64,000 nt of DNA, from the NCBI GenBank assembly GCA_017656265.1, contig JACDOD010000007.1, positions 66,016 to 130,015 on the forward strand, in the 5' to 3' direction. Below the pieces are notes generated by a model. That model searched no databases and had not been told where the DNA came from. It saw only the letters and a list, made by a program, of their open reading frames with translations. How positions within the stretch are numbered: position 1 is the first letter of the stretch; each line of letters opens with the position of its first letter. Shown here piece by piece: positions 52,440-61,754 of the stretch. The position numbers and the translations under genes were made by a program. This stretch comes from Bacillaceae bacterium. GTDB lineage: Bacteria > Bacillota > Bacilli > Bacillales > Alkalibacillaceae.

Positions 52440-53441
52440 TTATCGAATCTGTTCCACCATGTTCAGGATTTCCTCAATTATGATTTCCGGCTGATCAAGC
52501 ATAATTATATGTCCGCTGTCTTCTGCAACAACATATTTGCCCTGCTCAGATTGCCGGGCTAATTTTTTTTGGGCATCCTGCCACGCACGTTCAATGGCAG
52601 CATTTTCTTCAGCGGTAAATCCATATCCCGTATGATCCGTGGGAACGCCATGAGAAATCACGGTTAATGGAAGATTTGACAAGTATGATTGATCGGTTAA
52701 CGTTTCTTCCAATTCATCTACATAATCAATTTCTTCTACTACCGTGTTAAAAAAGTCTGTCTCAAACCCAATTTGGATATATTGATCAATATATTCCTCC
52801 GGATAGCCTTCTGCAAATCGTTCTCCGATAAATCGCTGAATGCCAAACCTGGATAAAAATGCTCCCAGCTTATAAGTCTGTTTAAGTATTTTACTCATTT
52901 CCTGCTGCTTTTCCGGGTTAATGGAAGCAATTATTCCATCCATTCCCACCGGTCTTGGATCCACAAGGACTAATCCAGCTACTTCATCTGAAAACTCACT
53001 GGTAAAAAGCTGAGCATATAATCCGCCTAACGAATGTCCCACTAGAATATAAGGACCTTCAATTCCCGCACGATCTAATACCGTGTGCAGTTCTTTTACA
53101 ATTTGTTCCCCTGTTCTCGGTGTTTTTGGCTCCTCACTCCAGCCATAGCCAGCCCGGTCATACGTGATGACCCGTGCATATTTGGAAAGTTCTGTTTGTA
53201 CCGCCATCCAGTCCATGCTCCAGCTGCCTGAACCTGCTTCTATAATCACCGTGATATCCCCCTGCCCCGTATCATAGAGATGGAGCTGATGTTCTCCTGT
53301 ACTGACCATTTGCCCCGGGGGAGGATATTTTTCTATTGCTTTCCCTTTGGCCGATAATTCATAAATATAGCCGGCTCCTAAAGACAACAAAGCTAGTATG
53401 ATAACTATTCCTAACAGATACAGCAGACCTCTGCCTACCAT
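52440..53441 (-). CDS. membrane-anchored alpha/beta hydrolase
   Basis: N-terminal TM helix and a GHSLGG nucleophile elbow. The start is uncertain: ATG 53441, or the upstream GTG or TTG. Confidence 0.8.
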   Translation of the reverse strand: MVGRGLLYLLGIVIILALLSLGAGYIYELSAKGKAIEKYPPPGQMVSTGEHQLHLYDTGQGDITVIIEAGSGSWSMDWMAVQTELSKYARVITYDRAGYGWSEEPKTPRTGEQIVKELHTVLDRAGIEGPYILVGHSLGGLYAQLFTSEFSDEVAGLVLVDPRPVGMDGIIASINPEKQQEMSKILKQTYKLGAFLSRFGIQRFIGERFAEGYPEEYIDQYIQIGFETDFFNTVVEEIDYVDELEETLTDQSYLSNLPLTVISHGVPTDHTGYGFTAEENAAIERAWQDAQKKLARQSEQGKYVVAEDSGHIIMLDQPEIIIEEILNMVEQIR

Positions 53442-53658
53442 TCTCAAACTTTTCACGTGAATATTCAGTCCTCTCAAGAAAAATATTATGTATTGTCCAG
53501 CCAATCATTGGACCTTTCATTCGTCATAAAGGCTGAAAAACCTCACAATCCTGTTGAATTTTAGTATATCATAAACTCCAAAGACCGGGGATGACAGTAT
53601 AATTTTTCAGGCAACAGACAAGAATATTAAGGACTAAAATTAGTGAAGGAGTGAAGGT

Positions 53659-54351
53659 TTGGTGAGTCAAAACCAGGTACAGGGAGATACGGTCATAACC
53701 AATACTGATACACATGGAGGGTATTCCCTTCCGCGGATTGGGGAAAAAGCACCATCCTTCGAAGCTACCACGACCCATGGTTCCATTCGTCTGGAAGATT
53801 ATAAGGGAAGTTGGCTCATTTTATTTTCTCACCCGGCGGATTTTACACCGGTATGTACCACAGAATTTATGGCTTTTCAGGAGATTTATCCTGAACTGAA
53901 AAAAATGAACACTGAGCTTCTGGGATTGAGTATTGACAGTGTCCATTCCCATATAGCATGGGTGAGAAATATTGAAGAAAAATTTAATGTAAAGATCGAG
54001 TATCCGGTTATTGCTGATTTAAATAAGGATGTGGCTCATAAATACGGGATGCTGATGCCAGAGGGGAAAAACACCGAAACATCCCGGGCTGTCTTTGTAA
54101 TCGATGGAGACCAGATCGTTCGAGCTGTTGTGTATTACCCACTGACGACAGGAAGAAATATGAAGGAGTTCTTGCGGCTAATTCAGGCACTGCAGACGAC
54201 TGATCAGCATGGAATCGCTACTCCAGCTAACTGGCAGCCCGGAGACAAAGTGATTGTTCCCCCGCCGACTACCCAGGAGGCAGCAGAGGAACGCACAAAC
54301 GATACATCCATAGAGTGCACCGACTGGTACATCTGCAAAAAAAGCCTGTAA
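53659..54351 (+). CDS. peroxiredoxin, Prx6 (1-Cys/archaeal-type) subfamily
   Basis: PADFTPVCTTE peroxidatic motif and a C-terminal CTDWYIC pair. TTG or GTG start after AAGGAG. Confidence 0.9.
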   Translation: MVSQNQVQGDTVITNTDTHGGYSLPRIGEKAPSFEATTTHGSIRLEDYKGSWLILFSHPADFTPVCTTEFMAFQEIYPELKKMNTELLGLSIDSVHSHIAWVRNIEEKFNVKIEYPVIADLNKDVAHKYGMLMPEGKNTETSRAVFVIDGDQIVRAVVYYPLTTGRNMKEFLRLIQALQTTDQHGIATPANWQPGDKVIVPPPTTQEAAEERTNDTSIECTDWYICKKSL

Positions 54352-54355
54352 GGTG

Positions 54356-54467
54356 GGTGCCTGTCACTTGTCGAATGGTTACAGGGACAAAAAAACCGCA
54401 TTTCCTTCTGAAATACCAGAAGGAATGCGGTTTTTCCATAAACATTTTTCGACAAGTGACAGGCACC
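54356..54467. repeat. nested palindrome filling the intergenic region (20-bp outer arms plus an inner terminator hairpin)
   Basis: GGTGCCTGTCACTTGTCGAA (54356-54375) is perfectly complementary to TTCGACAAGTGACAGGCACC (54448-54467). The inner hairpin is AAAAAAACCGCATTCCTTCTG-loop-CAGAAGGAATGCGGTTTTT (54389-54436). Confidence 0.85.
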
Positions 54468-54469
54468 GG

Positions 54470-55756
54470 CTAAATAAGCAGGTTGAAGAGGGTTTCGTCT
54501 TTGTTGATGGCTTTATATTTAAAGCCCTTTTTATTGAGACGTTCAATCAGAGGCTCATAATCTTCCCGCTTCTTTAATTCAATTCCGACCAGTGCAGGTC
54601 CATTTTCCTTATTGTTTTTCTTCGTGTATTCAAATCGGGTAATGTCATCATCAGGTCCAAGCACATCATCCAGAAACTCCCGCAGGGCTCCTGCCCGCTG
54701 CGGAAAATGGACGATAAAGTAGTGCATAAGCCCTTCATAAATGAGCGAACGTTCCTTGATCTCCTGCATCCGGCCAATATCATTATTGCCGCCGCTGATC
54801 ACACAAACCACATTTTTTCCCTTAATCTGGTCTTTATAAAAATCAAGGGCTGATATGGGCAATGCCCCGGCAGGCTCAGCCACAATCGCATTTTCATTAT
54901 ATAGTTCCAGAATAGTGGTGCATGCTTTTCCTTCAGGGATCAGTGCAATTTCATCCACAGTCTCTTTACAGATGGAATAAGGCAAATCCCCCACTTTTTT
55001 TACCGATGCACCATCTACAAATTTATCAATGGAATCAAGGGTGACAACTTCATTCTTCTCCAGAGACGTTTTCATCGCCGGTGCCCCAGCAGGCTCAACT
55101 CCTATCATCTTCGTTTCCGGGCTGATACTTTTAATGTATGTACTCATCCCTGAAACAAGCCCGCCTCCACCAATCGAGGCAAAAACAAAATCCACATCCT
55201 CATCCATATCATTCATAATTTCCATGCCTACAGTTCCCTGTCCGGCAACTACATGGGGATCATCAAAGGGGTGGACGAAAACCCGTCCTTCCTTTTCACA
55301 ACATGCCATCGCTTCTTTAAAAGAATCATCAAAGGTATCCCCGGTCAGGATCACTTCAATAAAATCTCCGCCGTGGAACTTCACCTGGTTCACCTTCTGC
55401 CTCGGTGTTGTGGATGGCATAAAAATTTTTCCATTTATTTTCATCAGTTTACAGGAATAGGCCACACCCTGAGCGTGATTTCCGGCACTGGCACATACTA
55501 CTCCCTTTTTCAGTTCGTCATCGGACATATTTTGAATAAAATGGTAAGCTCCCCGGATTTTAAACGAGCGGACAATCTGGAGGTCCTCCCGTTTTAAATA
55601 CACATTACAACCATAACGTTCAGATAAAATTTCATTGCGCTGTAATGGCGTATGTTCAACCACATCTTTTAATACATGATGAGCAATAATGATATCCTCA
55701 ATTTGCACACGTTTCACCTTTTGATTTTGTGTTTCCATTTGCACAGCCTTCATCAC
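54470..55756 (-). CDS. ilvA: threonine ammonia-lyase (biosynthetic threonine dehydratase)
   Basis: PLP-dependent fold (SFKIRGA lysine motif) with one C-terminal ACT-like regulatory domain. Confidence 0.93.
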   Translation of the reverse strand: MMKAVQMETQNQKVKRVQIEDIIIAHHVLKDVVEHTPLQRNEILSERYGCNVYLKREDLQIVRSFKIRGAYHFIQNMSDDELKKGVVCASAGNHAQGVAYSCKLMKINGKIFMPSTTPRQKVNQVKFHGGDFIEVILTGDTFDDSFKEAMACCEKEGRVFVHPFDDPHVVAGQGTVGMEIMNDMDEDVDFVFASIGGGGLVSGMSTYIKSISPETKMIGVEPAGAPAMKTSLEKNEVVTLDSIDKFVDGASVKKVGDLPYSICKETVDEIALIPEGKACTTILELYNENAIVAEPAGALPISALDFYKDQIKGKNVVCVISGGNNDIGRMQEIKERSLIYEGLMHYFIVHFPQRAGALREFLDDVLGPDDDITRFEYTKKNNKENGPALVGIELKKREDYEPLIERLNKKGFKYKAINKDETLFNLLI

Positions 55757-55914
55757 TTACCTCCATTCCTTTTATAAAGATACACATCATCCCCCAATGA
55801 CATAGAACGCAGCTCTCCGCAGCATTAATATTAATATATTAGCAGACTGACGGTGCAATACGTTAAATGACAACGAAAACAAAAAACCTATCTCTCATAA
55901 GGATAGGTAGAATG

Positions 55915-56000
55915 TTATTTTCAGAATTTAACAAGTTATCAGAATTGTTAAAGTACATTATAACAAGTTTTTTCAGAATTGAAACCCTTTTTTCAGAAGA
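55915..56000. promoter_or_regulatory. cluster of CodY-box-like motifs upstream of ilvA
   Basis: Four TTTCAGAA-type cores: TATTTTCAGAATTTA, GTTATCAGAATTG, TTTTTTCAGAATTGA and TTTTTTCAGAAGAAG. Compared with consensus AATTTTCWGAAAATT, the best match is 11 of 15. Confidence 0.35.
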
Positions 56001-56027
56001 AGATAAGAAATTTAAAACAGAATATCA

Positions 56028-56175
56028 CTATCGTTGCATAAATATAGTTATAATATTCAGATTTCTTACATCTCTACCAAATGAGCAAAAAAGCTCATGC
56101 GACCCTAAAGATAGCACTGTCCATTTGGTAAACATATACATTTATTCTTTTCGACTACAGTGACTACAACAGTTA
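56028..56175 (-). mobile_element. solo 148-bp IS end (copy 1 of a direct repeat)
   Basis: About 91% identical to 61755-61902. It starts with the same terminal CTAxCGTTGCATAAAT sequence. On the minus strand it retains a 37-codon frame ending at the element tip. Confidence 0.55.
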
Positions 56176-56326
56176 AACATTATGGACTTGCCCGTCCATC
56201 AAAACTTCGAATCCATATGTATGCAGTCTTCCAGATGGCAGCTTTCAGCCAACGTGTGATGCGGAGTAATGTTTTTCGGCTCTTCGTTTCTAATTGCAGC
56301 AATACATTCAAACAATACACATGGAC

Positions 56327-57178
56327 TCAGCGAGAAAGATTGTGTGATACCTTTTTATGTTCACATACTTTTTTAATGAGAAAAATACTCAACAAAAATA
56401 AATTTGAAACCACTACGTTCCGAATCATGATGAATGGGTCTAGTTCGACAGCTGTTTGAATATGGATAAAATTTAATACACTGTTAGCCATAACATGTGA
56501 TATCCAAGGTGTCCAAAGGCTTTCTGTTTTAAAAAACATATAGCCCCAAACAAATCCATTAATAAAGGTCCCTATAAAAATAATCCCACTCCCAGAAACA
56601 GCTCCAGATAATGATACTTCTCCTACCATTAAATCCTTCAGAGGCCAGACAAGATGCCATATCCCAAACAAAAACGCTTGAAGTAGGTTGCTGGCCCAAA
56701 ATGAAAAGCGGGTCATAAACTTTGGGATTAACAGTCCTCTAAATAGCCCCTCTTCCATAAAAGCATTAACGATATTTCCTAAAAGGAGCCATAGAGCAAA
56801 TAAGGCGCCCCCATACCTCCCCTGTTTCGAGTCAATAGCAGAAAAAAGAATAATAGGTTCCTCGAATGAGAAGGTCATAACAAAGTATTCTATAAGATAA
56901 GCTAAAAAATAAATTGCAATTGTTAGAATTGCACCTAGTATAAGATTAACAGTTATATTCGTTCTCCGAAGACCAATAAATGAAATACTTTTGTTAGATA
57001 AAAACAAATACAATAACACAAGTAAAAAACCTATGGCTTTTGAGATGAAGATCTCACCCCATTGTTCATCTATGCGTAAAACAAAAATGTCATTGATGCG
57101 GAATAGCAATGCAAGCATCAGAATAACCATTCCCATGAATAGGGGATTGTTCTCGGATAATCGTTGAATGGTTCCCAC
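56327..57178 (-). CDS. CPBP-family intramembrane glutamic endopeptidase (Abi/CAAX protease-like)
   Basis: Polytopic with motifs EEGLFRG, FGIWH and HVMANS. GTG start after GGAGGGAAG. Confidence 0.8.
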   Translation of the reverse strand: MGTIQRLSENNPLFMGMVILMLALLFRINDIFVLRIDEQWGEIFISKAIGFLLVLLYLFLSNKSISFIGLRRTNITVNLILGAILTIAIYFLAYLIEYFVMTFSFEEPIILFSAIDSKQGRYGGALFALWLLLGNIVNAFMEEGLFRGLLIPKFMTRFSFWASNLLQAFLFGIWHLVWPLKDLMVGEVSLSGAVSGSGIIFIGTFINGFVWGYMFFKTESLWTPWISHVMANSVLNFIHIQTAVELDPFIMIRNVVVSNLFLLSIFLIKKVCEHKKVSHNLSR

Positions 57179-57191
57179 ACGCTTCCCTCCT

Positions 57192-58070
57192 TTATTGTTT
57201 TACCTCCATCATTTTTCGGATAATGGTTTGCCAATGATTAAAAAATAATAGATGCCCTTCTCCTTCTAGAATATGCAATTCACTGTTAGGCAAGTTTTCT
57301 TGAGCATGTTTGGCCATGGCAACAGTCGAGTTCCGATCTTCTGTGCCTTGCCAAATATGAACTTGGCTCGTCACGTCAGAAAGTTTGAACTCCCAAGGTT
57401 TTTCAACAGCCACCATATCATCAAAATGACCATGAATTCCCTTGCGATAAATTTCCTCCATTTCCTCTAGGTACATGCTTTTCACATCCGCCCGCTTAAC
57501 AATTTGTTGGTCTGGGGCGGCGAAAGATTTCATCATTTGATTCAGCTGCTTTTCTTTATCCTTTTTTATTCCTTTTTCCAAGGAACGGAGAGCTGGCTTC
57601 AGCAAGAACGGTATGTTCTTGGCCATCCAGAAACCAATTCGGTTGTATAAGGACATTCCTTCTGTAAGTCTCGGGTTGGTGTTGATTGACAAATAGTTGC
57701 TGATCAAAGTGACTCCTAAAACACGAGCATGTAACTGATAGGCACAAGCTAGTGCGTGGGGGCCTCCGCCAGATATCCCCATAATGAAAAAACTGTTTAA
57801 GGATAATTGATTCGCTAGTTCATTGATATCATCAGCCCAATCTAAAAGTGAACGACCTGGGTTTGGATCGGACAAGCCATAACCTGGGCGATCCACATGA
57901 AGGAAACGCAGACCATATTGTCTCGCTACTTGTTCGTCTGGATAACGGAACACTCTTGAGTTTGGGGTTCCATGGAAAAAGAAAATTGTTTGACCATCTG
58001 GGTGGCCATACTCCCTAAAACCAAGCACCCGACCATCGGACAATTTCAGTTTTTGATCACGTTCATGCAA
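57192..58070 (-). CDS. alpha/beta hydrolase
   Basis: HGTPNS oxyanion region and GISGGG elbow. The start was moved to TTG 58070, 6 nt after GGAGGG, because the track extension runs over an operator-like palindrome. Confidence 0.8.
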   Translation of the reverse strand: MHERDQKLKLSDGRVLGFREYGHPDGQTIFFFHGTPNSRVFRYPDEQVARQYGLRFLHVDRPGYGLSDPNPGRSLLDWADDINELANQLSLNSFFIMGISGGGPHALACAYQLHARVLGVTLISNYLSINTNPRLTEGMSLYNRIGFWMAKNIPFLLKPALRSLEKGIKKDKEKQLNQMMKSFAAPDQQIVKRADVKSMYLEEMEEIYRKGIHGHFDDMVAVEKPWEFKLSDVTSQVHIWQGTEDRNSTVAMAKHAQENLPNSELHILEGEGHLLFFNHWQTIIRKMMEVKQ

Positions 58071-58108
58071 GGTAATCCCTCCTATATTACAAATATTGAA
58101 CAAAAGGA

Positions 58109-58122
58109 ATGTTACGTAACAT
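58109..58122. promoter_or_regulatory. candidate TetR operator 1
   Basis: Perfect 14-bp palindrome ATGTTACGTAACAT inside a 22-nt motif CAAAAGGAATGTTACGTAACATAC. A near-copy of that motif lies at 58227-58249. Confidence 0.5.
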
Positions 58123-58233
58123 ACTATTGATATAACTTGTAACACACATTTGGCTAACTGTCAACAAATATTGAAATTTAAGGAGTGTAGACTTGACATT
58201 TTCCATACAATGTGACAAATTACACCAAAAAGG

Positions 58234-58247
58234 ATGTTACGTAAAAT
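58234..58247. promoter_or_regulatory. candidate TetR operator 2
   Basis: ATGTTACGTAAAAT (13 of 14 palindromic), about 65 nt upstream of the tetR start. Confidence 0.45.
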
Positions 58248-58311
58248 GCTAACCGGAATCCCATGTGACATTATTCATTAAATATCAATACTATGTAAGG
58301 GAGCAAAGGAA

Positions 58312-59124
58312 ATGAGGAGAAAAATTATAGAAGCTGCAAAAGAATTGCTAAAAGACCGTTCGTTTAATGACATTCGTATTGATGAAATTGCAAAGAAAGC
58401 TGGGATAACGCGGCAAACTGTTTACAGACATGTTGGGAGTAAGTCAGATTTAAAAAATATATTGCTAGAAGAAGGATTAGAAATTGATCCCCATCCAGCA
58501 AATACTCAGGAAAAAATTTTGAGGGCTGCAACAGAGGTTTTTGCTCGAACGGGGTACAGTGATTCAACTTTAGAACAGGTTGCGAAGGAAATAGATATGA
58601 CGAAGGGAGCCATTTATTGGTATTTCTCTAGTAAGCACGATTTGTTTATTACTCTAATTGAAAAGCGGATGAATGAGCAGTTGTCATTTGTTCCAGAGCA
58701 ATTAAAGAAAGCACTAGTTGAAACTGATCCTGTGAAAGGGTTAACAAAGTTTTTTAATAATCAATTTTCCTTCGTGGAATCGGATCAAACGTTTTCTCGA
58801 TTGTTTATGGAATTTGCTGCTCACAGTCGAGACAGAGATGTACGTATGCGACTAAGTGAAGCCTTTCAGTTTTTAAATGAACAGTTAATTGAAGTCGTGA
58901 GAGAGATGAAAGAACAAAACATGCTCGCACAGGATTTGGAACCGGAAACGATTGTAATATTTTCGCAATCGTTAATTGACGGACTCATTATGAGTTCCCT
59001 TTTATATCCTGAGCACGTTCATTTAAAAAAGTGGGCTCCTCAGTTCGCACGAATGCTTTGGCAGGCTATTGGTCCAGAAACGAGTATTTGTTTAAGGAAA
59101 CAAGATGAATCATTAATGGAGTAG
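58312..59124 (+). CDS. TetR/AcrR family transcriptional regulator
   Basis: N-terminal HTH (IAKKAGITRQTVYRHVGSKSDL). 270 aa. Confidence 0.9.
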   Translation: MRRKIIEAAKELLKDRSFNDIRIDEIAKKAGITRQTVYRHVGSKSDLKNILLEEGLEIDPHPANTQEKILRAATEVFARTGYSDSTLEQVAKEIDMTKGAIYWYFSSKHDLFITLIEKRMNEQLSFVPEQLKKALVETDPVKGLTKFFNNQFSFVESDQTFSRLFMEFAAHSRDRDVRMRLSEAFQFLNEQLIEVVREMKEQNMLAQDLEPETIVIFSQSLIDGLIMSSLLYPEHVHLKKWAPQFARMLWQAIGPETSICLRKQDESLME

Positions 59125-59156
59125 ATTCAAAACATCCATGAATTGAGAGTGGTCAT

Positions 59157-60294
59157 ATGTCTATATAGCATTTGTGGATAATGGTTATATTTCCTTTTGT
59201 TTGGTATATTAATGACTGGGATAGATACGGGAATTATCAGTGCAGCGTTGACCACGATCATTTTATGCTTTTGATATTCCGCCTCACTGGGGTTCCTGGA
59301 CGGTCACTATGTACACGCTAGGCCTGGCGATAGGAGTCGCAATTATCGGTAAATTTTCTGATCAGTATGGCCGGAAAAAAATCTTCTTAATCGAAGTGTT
59401 TCTGTTTACACTTGGTTCGTTTCTAGTTGCTATTAGTCCCAACTTTATTTTTATGCTCATTGCCCGTTTTATTCAGGCTATTGGTGGTGGAGGGCTCATT
59501 GTGGTTGCCAATGCATATATTTTAAGCATGTTTCTAAAGAAGTTCGTGGTAAAGCCCTGGGAGTCATTGGTGGTGTCAACGGAATAGCAACAGCTCTAGG
59601 TCCAAATATTGGTGCATTTATTCTTGATATCAGTGGAAGTTGGCGATGGCTGTTTTATATCAATATCCCCATTGCTGTTGTCTTAATTGTGTTGAAATTT
59701 ATTTTAATTCAGGAAACAGAAACGTCTTCTGATGAAAAGTTAGACTGGGCTGGCGTTTCACTCCTTATGGTTTCGGTATTGAGCTTTATGTTTAGGTTAA
59801 AACAGATTGGTGAAACAAAAGGATTACAGGAATCTGCAGTCACTTCAGCGCTCCTGCTTGGAGGTGCAGGTATCCTTTTGTTTATTCTGCTTCTATACTG
59901 GAAACAAAAGAGCATGGTTGTTGTAAGTATATTAGTTGGCACAGGATTTGGTATGATGACTAACGCTCCTTTTAGTGTTCTTGCCACACGAGGGAGAGAA
60001 GATCATCATGGAGTTGCAATAGGTACAGTTACGCTCTTACTGCAGACGGGTTTGACCATTGCTCCTGTTCTTTATGGTAGTTCTCTTTCCCAAACCTTTT
60101 CCTCTCTTCAAGAGAGGCTGGAAAGTGAAATGGTCATGAAAGCATATTTTGAGTCATTCAATAGTTTGGAATATTCCTCCTTGATTTCCTATGTGAATGT
60201 CGCTGTGTCAGAAGAAACGAAATCGTATTTGTTTAACATGAATTATGCTACAATAGGAGTTAGATATACTGACAGATCTTTATTGCAGTGTTGA
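59157..60294 (+). pseudogene. MFS (DHA2/EmrB-QacA-like) transporter, multiply disrupted
   Basis: ATG 59157 is followed by TAG at codon 4. MFS signatures are spread over at least 3 frames (MTGIDTGIISAAL / YTLGLAIGVAIIGKFSDQYGRKKIF / GVNGIATALGPNIGAFILD...). The total length is too short for 14 TM helices. Confidence 0.75.
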
Positions 60295-60584
60295 TGGTAG
60301 GTATAGGGATTTTCTTAATTACAACAGTTATACAATTTTCTAATAAACGGGGAACGTGCACAACGGAATTTTGTTTTGTTAGAAGATGATGAAGGCATGA
60401 AAAAAATAAGGATAAATTTTAACCTTTTTAGAGATAGACTTTAGGTTCAGGGCTTCCTCCTACAATTATTTTAGCTTGGCAGGAGGATAAAACGTAGAAA
60501 TTTTGATGTTGAAAATGGTCATTTTATTCAAATAAAAGGAATTCAATTCGATTAACTCTAATTCATAGAAAGGATGTCGACATA

Positions 60585-61061
60585 TTGAATGTAAATGAAT
60601 TAATCATTTTAAACTTTGAGGAAATCAGGCGCAGAAGCATCATGGTGTGGAAGTCAATACCGGAGAAAAGCATAGATTGGAAACCTGATGAAAATGCTTT
60701 AACATGTGCAGAAATAATTAGACATGTTTTAGAAGGTGAGTATTTATATCATCAAATTTTGCTTGGGAAAGGAAGTGACGCCCTGTCTGATATATCTAAT
60801 CCATTTGAAACAAAAAAATTTATATCTGTAGATGATGAGATAGAATTTTCAAAGCAATACCGCGAAGAGTTTATAAATTATATTAAAAATCTCAACACAG
60901 ACGATTTAGAAAATGTTGAAATTGATCGTTCGGATGTCGGTTATGTAAGGACGCTTGGTGATATGCTTATGCGAATTGCTTATCACGAATCAGTTCATAC
61001 TGGCCAATTGCTAGACTATATGAGAACAATGAATATTGAACGTCCGAATATATGGGATTAA
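60585..61061 (+). CDS. DinB-superfamily protein
   Basis: Four-helix DinB pattern with His residues (IIRHVLEGE...IAYHESVHTGQL). The TTG start is uncertain. Confidence 0.75.
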   Translation: MNVNELIILNFEEIRRRSIMVWKSIPEKSIDWKPDENALTCAEIIRHVLEGEYLYHQILLGKGSDALSDISNPFETKKFISVDDEIEFSKQYREEFINYIKNLNTDDLENVEIDRSDVGYVRTLGDMLMRIAYHESVHTGQLLDYMRTMNIERPNIWD

Positions 61062-61111
61062 TTATTTAATGAATCTCGCAGTTCCCTGTCACTTGGAGCT
61101 GACGTATCGAA

Positions 61112-61315
61112 ATGACCGTCATACGAGCTATGACGGTCAAAACCTCTCGAAAACGCGACAGTAGCGTCCGTCATGGTTACATGAATTTGCCGCGAAGGGT
61201 ACTGTGGTACCGTGTTATAAACTCTCGCAAGCTACACCATTTTCATCCCCGTCTAAACGGCGAGGCCCCTCTTCTTGCCCTCGGGTATCAGTCACCTGTC
61301 GATTATTTCTTTTGA
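61112..61315 (+). mobile_element. C-terminal fragment of an IS3-family-like transposase
   Basis: It ends ...LALGYQSPVDYFF, like the integrase-core C-terminus of IS3 OrfB. The local sequence is visibly more GC-rich than its surroundings. There is no catalytic domain upstream. Confidence 0.45.
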
Positions 61316-61326
61316 CTAGTCGTTGA

Positions 61327-61635
61327 ATAACAAAGGAATTTCTTTCTGTTATCAAGAATAGTGATGCAAAAACAAATCTTACATTAAACCATATCGCGTT
61401 ATTTGGTATTTATTCTGGTAAAAATGGATATGCACAATATGAAAATGGAGATAAAGTTTATAGTGTTCAAATTATCTTTCAAGCAACTGATTATTATGGA
61501 AAATCAAGGGCAAACAACGAGAGTAAAGGTTTATATTTTTTTCACAAAAATGAAATACCGAAAAATCTAAACAAACATCAAGCCCCATTTATATTGGACT
61601 GGGTAAATGATGTAACAAATCCAGTCGTGAACTAA
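61327..61635 (+). pseudogene. C-terminal fragment of a NUDIX hydrolase
   Basis: Open frame without a start: ...LFGIYSGKNGYAQYENGDKVYSVQIIFQATDYYGK...LYFFHKNEIPKNL... The Nudix box that should lie upstream is missing. Confidence 0.45.
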
Positions 61636-61754
61636 ATTTCTTTTTTACATGAATGGGGTGCTTTTCAAATGTAGTCGTGCTCTTTTTTTGATGAAGTTGA
61701 TATTTTAGTTTTGGTTCATTACTAAATTTTTTTAAATAGTGTGTTCAAATTTTC

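Noticed and set aside
56079-56129. 16-codon plus-strand frame (MSKKAHATLKIALSIW) inside the 148-bp repeat. The first two nucleotide differences between the copies are synonymous.
   Set aside because: Copy 2 carries a TAG at codon 10, there is no RBS, and the minus-strand transposase-tail interpretation explains the conservation better.
55867-56459. Track ORFs 55867-56163 and 56160-56459 (plus strand).
   Set aside because: They span the ilvA upstream region, the IS-end repeat and the 3' end of the CPBP gene in antisense. They have no RBS and low-complexity AT-rich translations.
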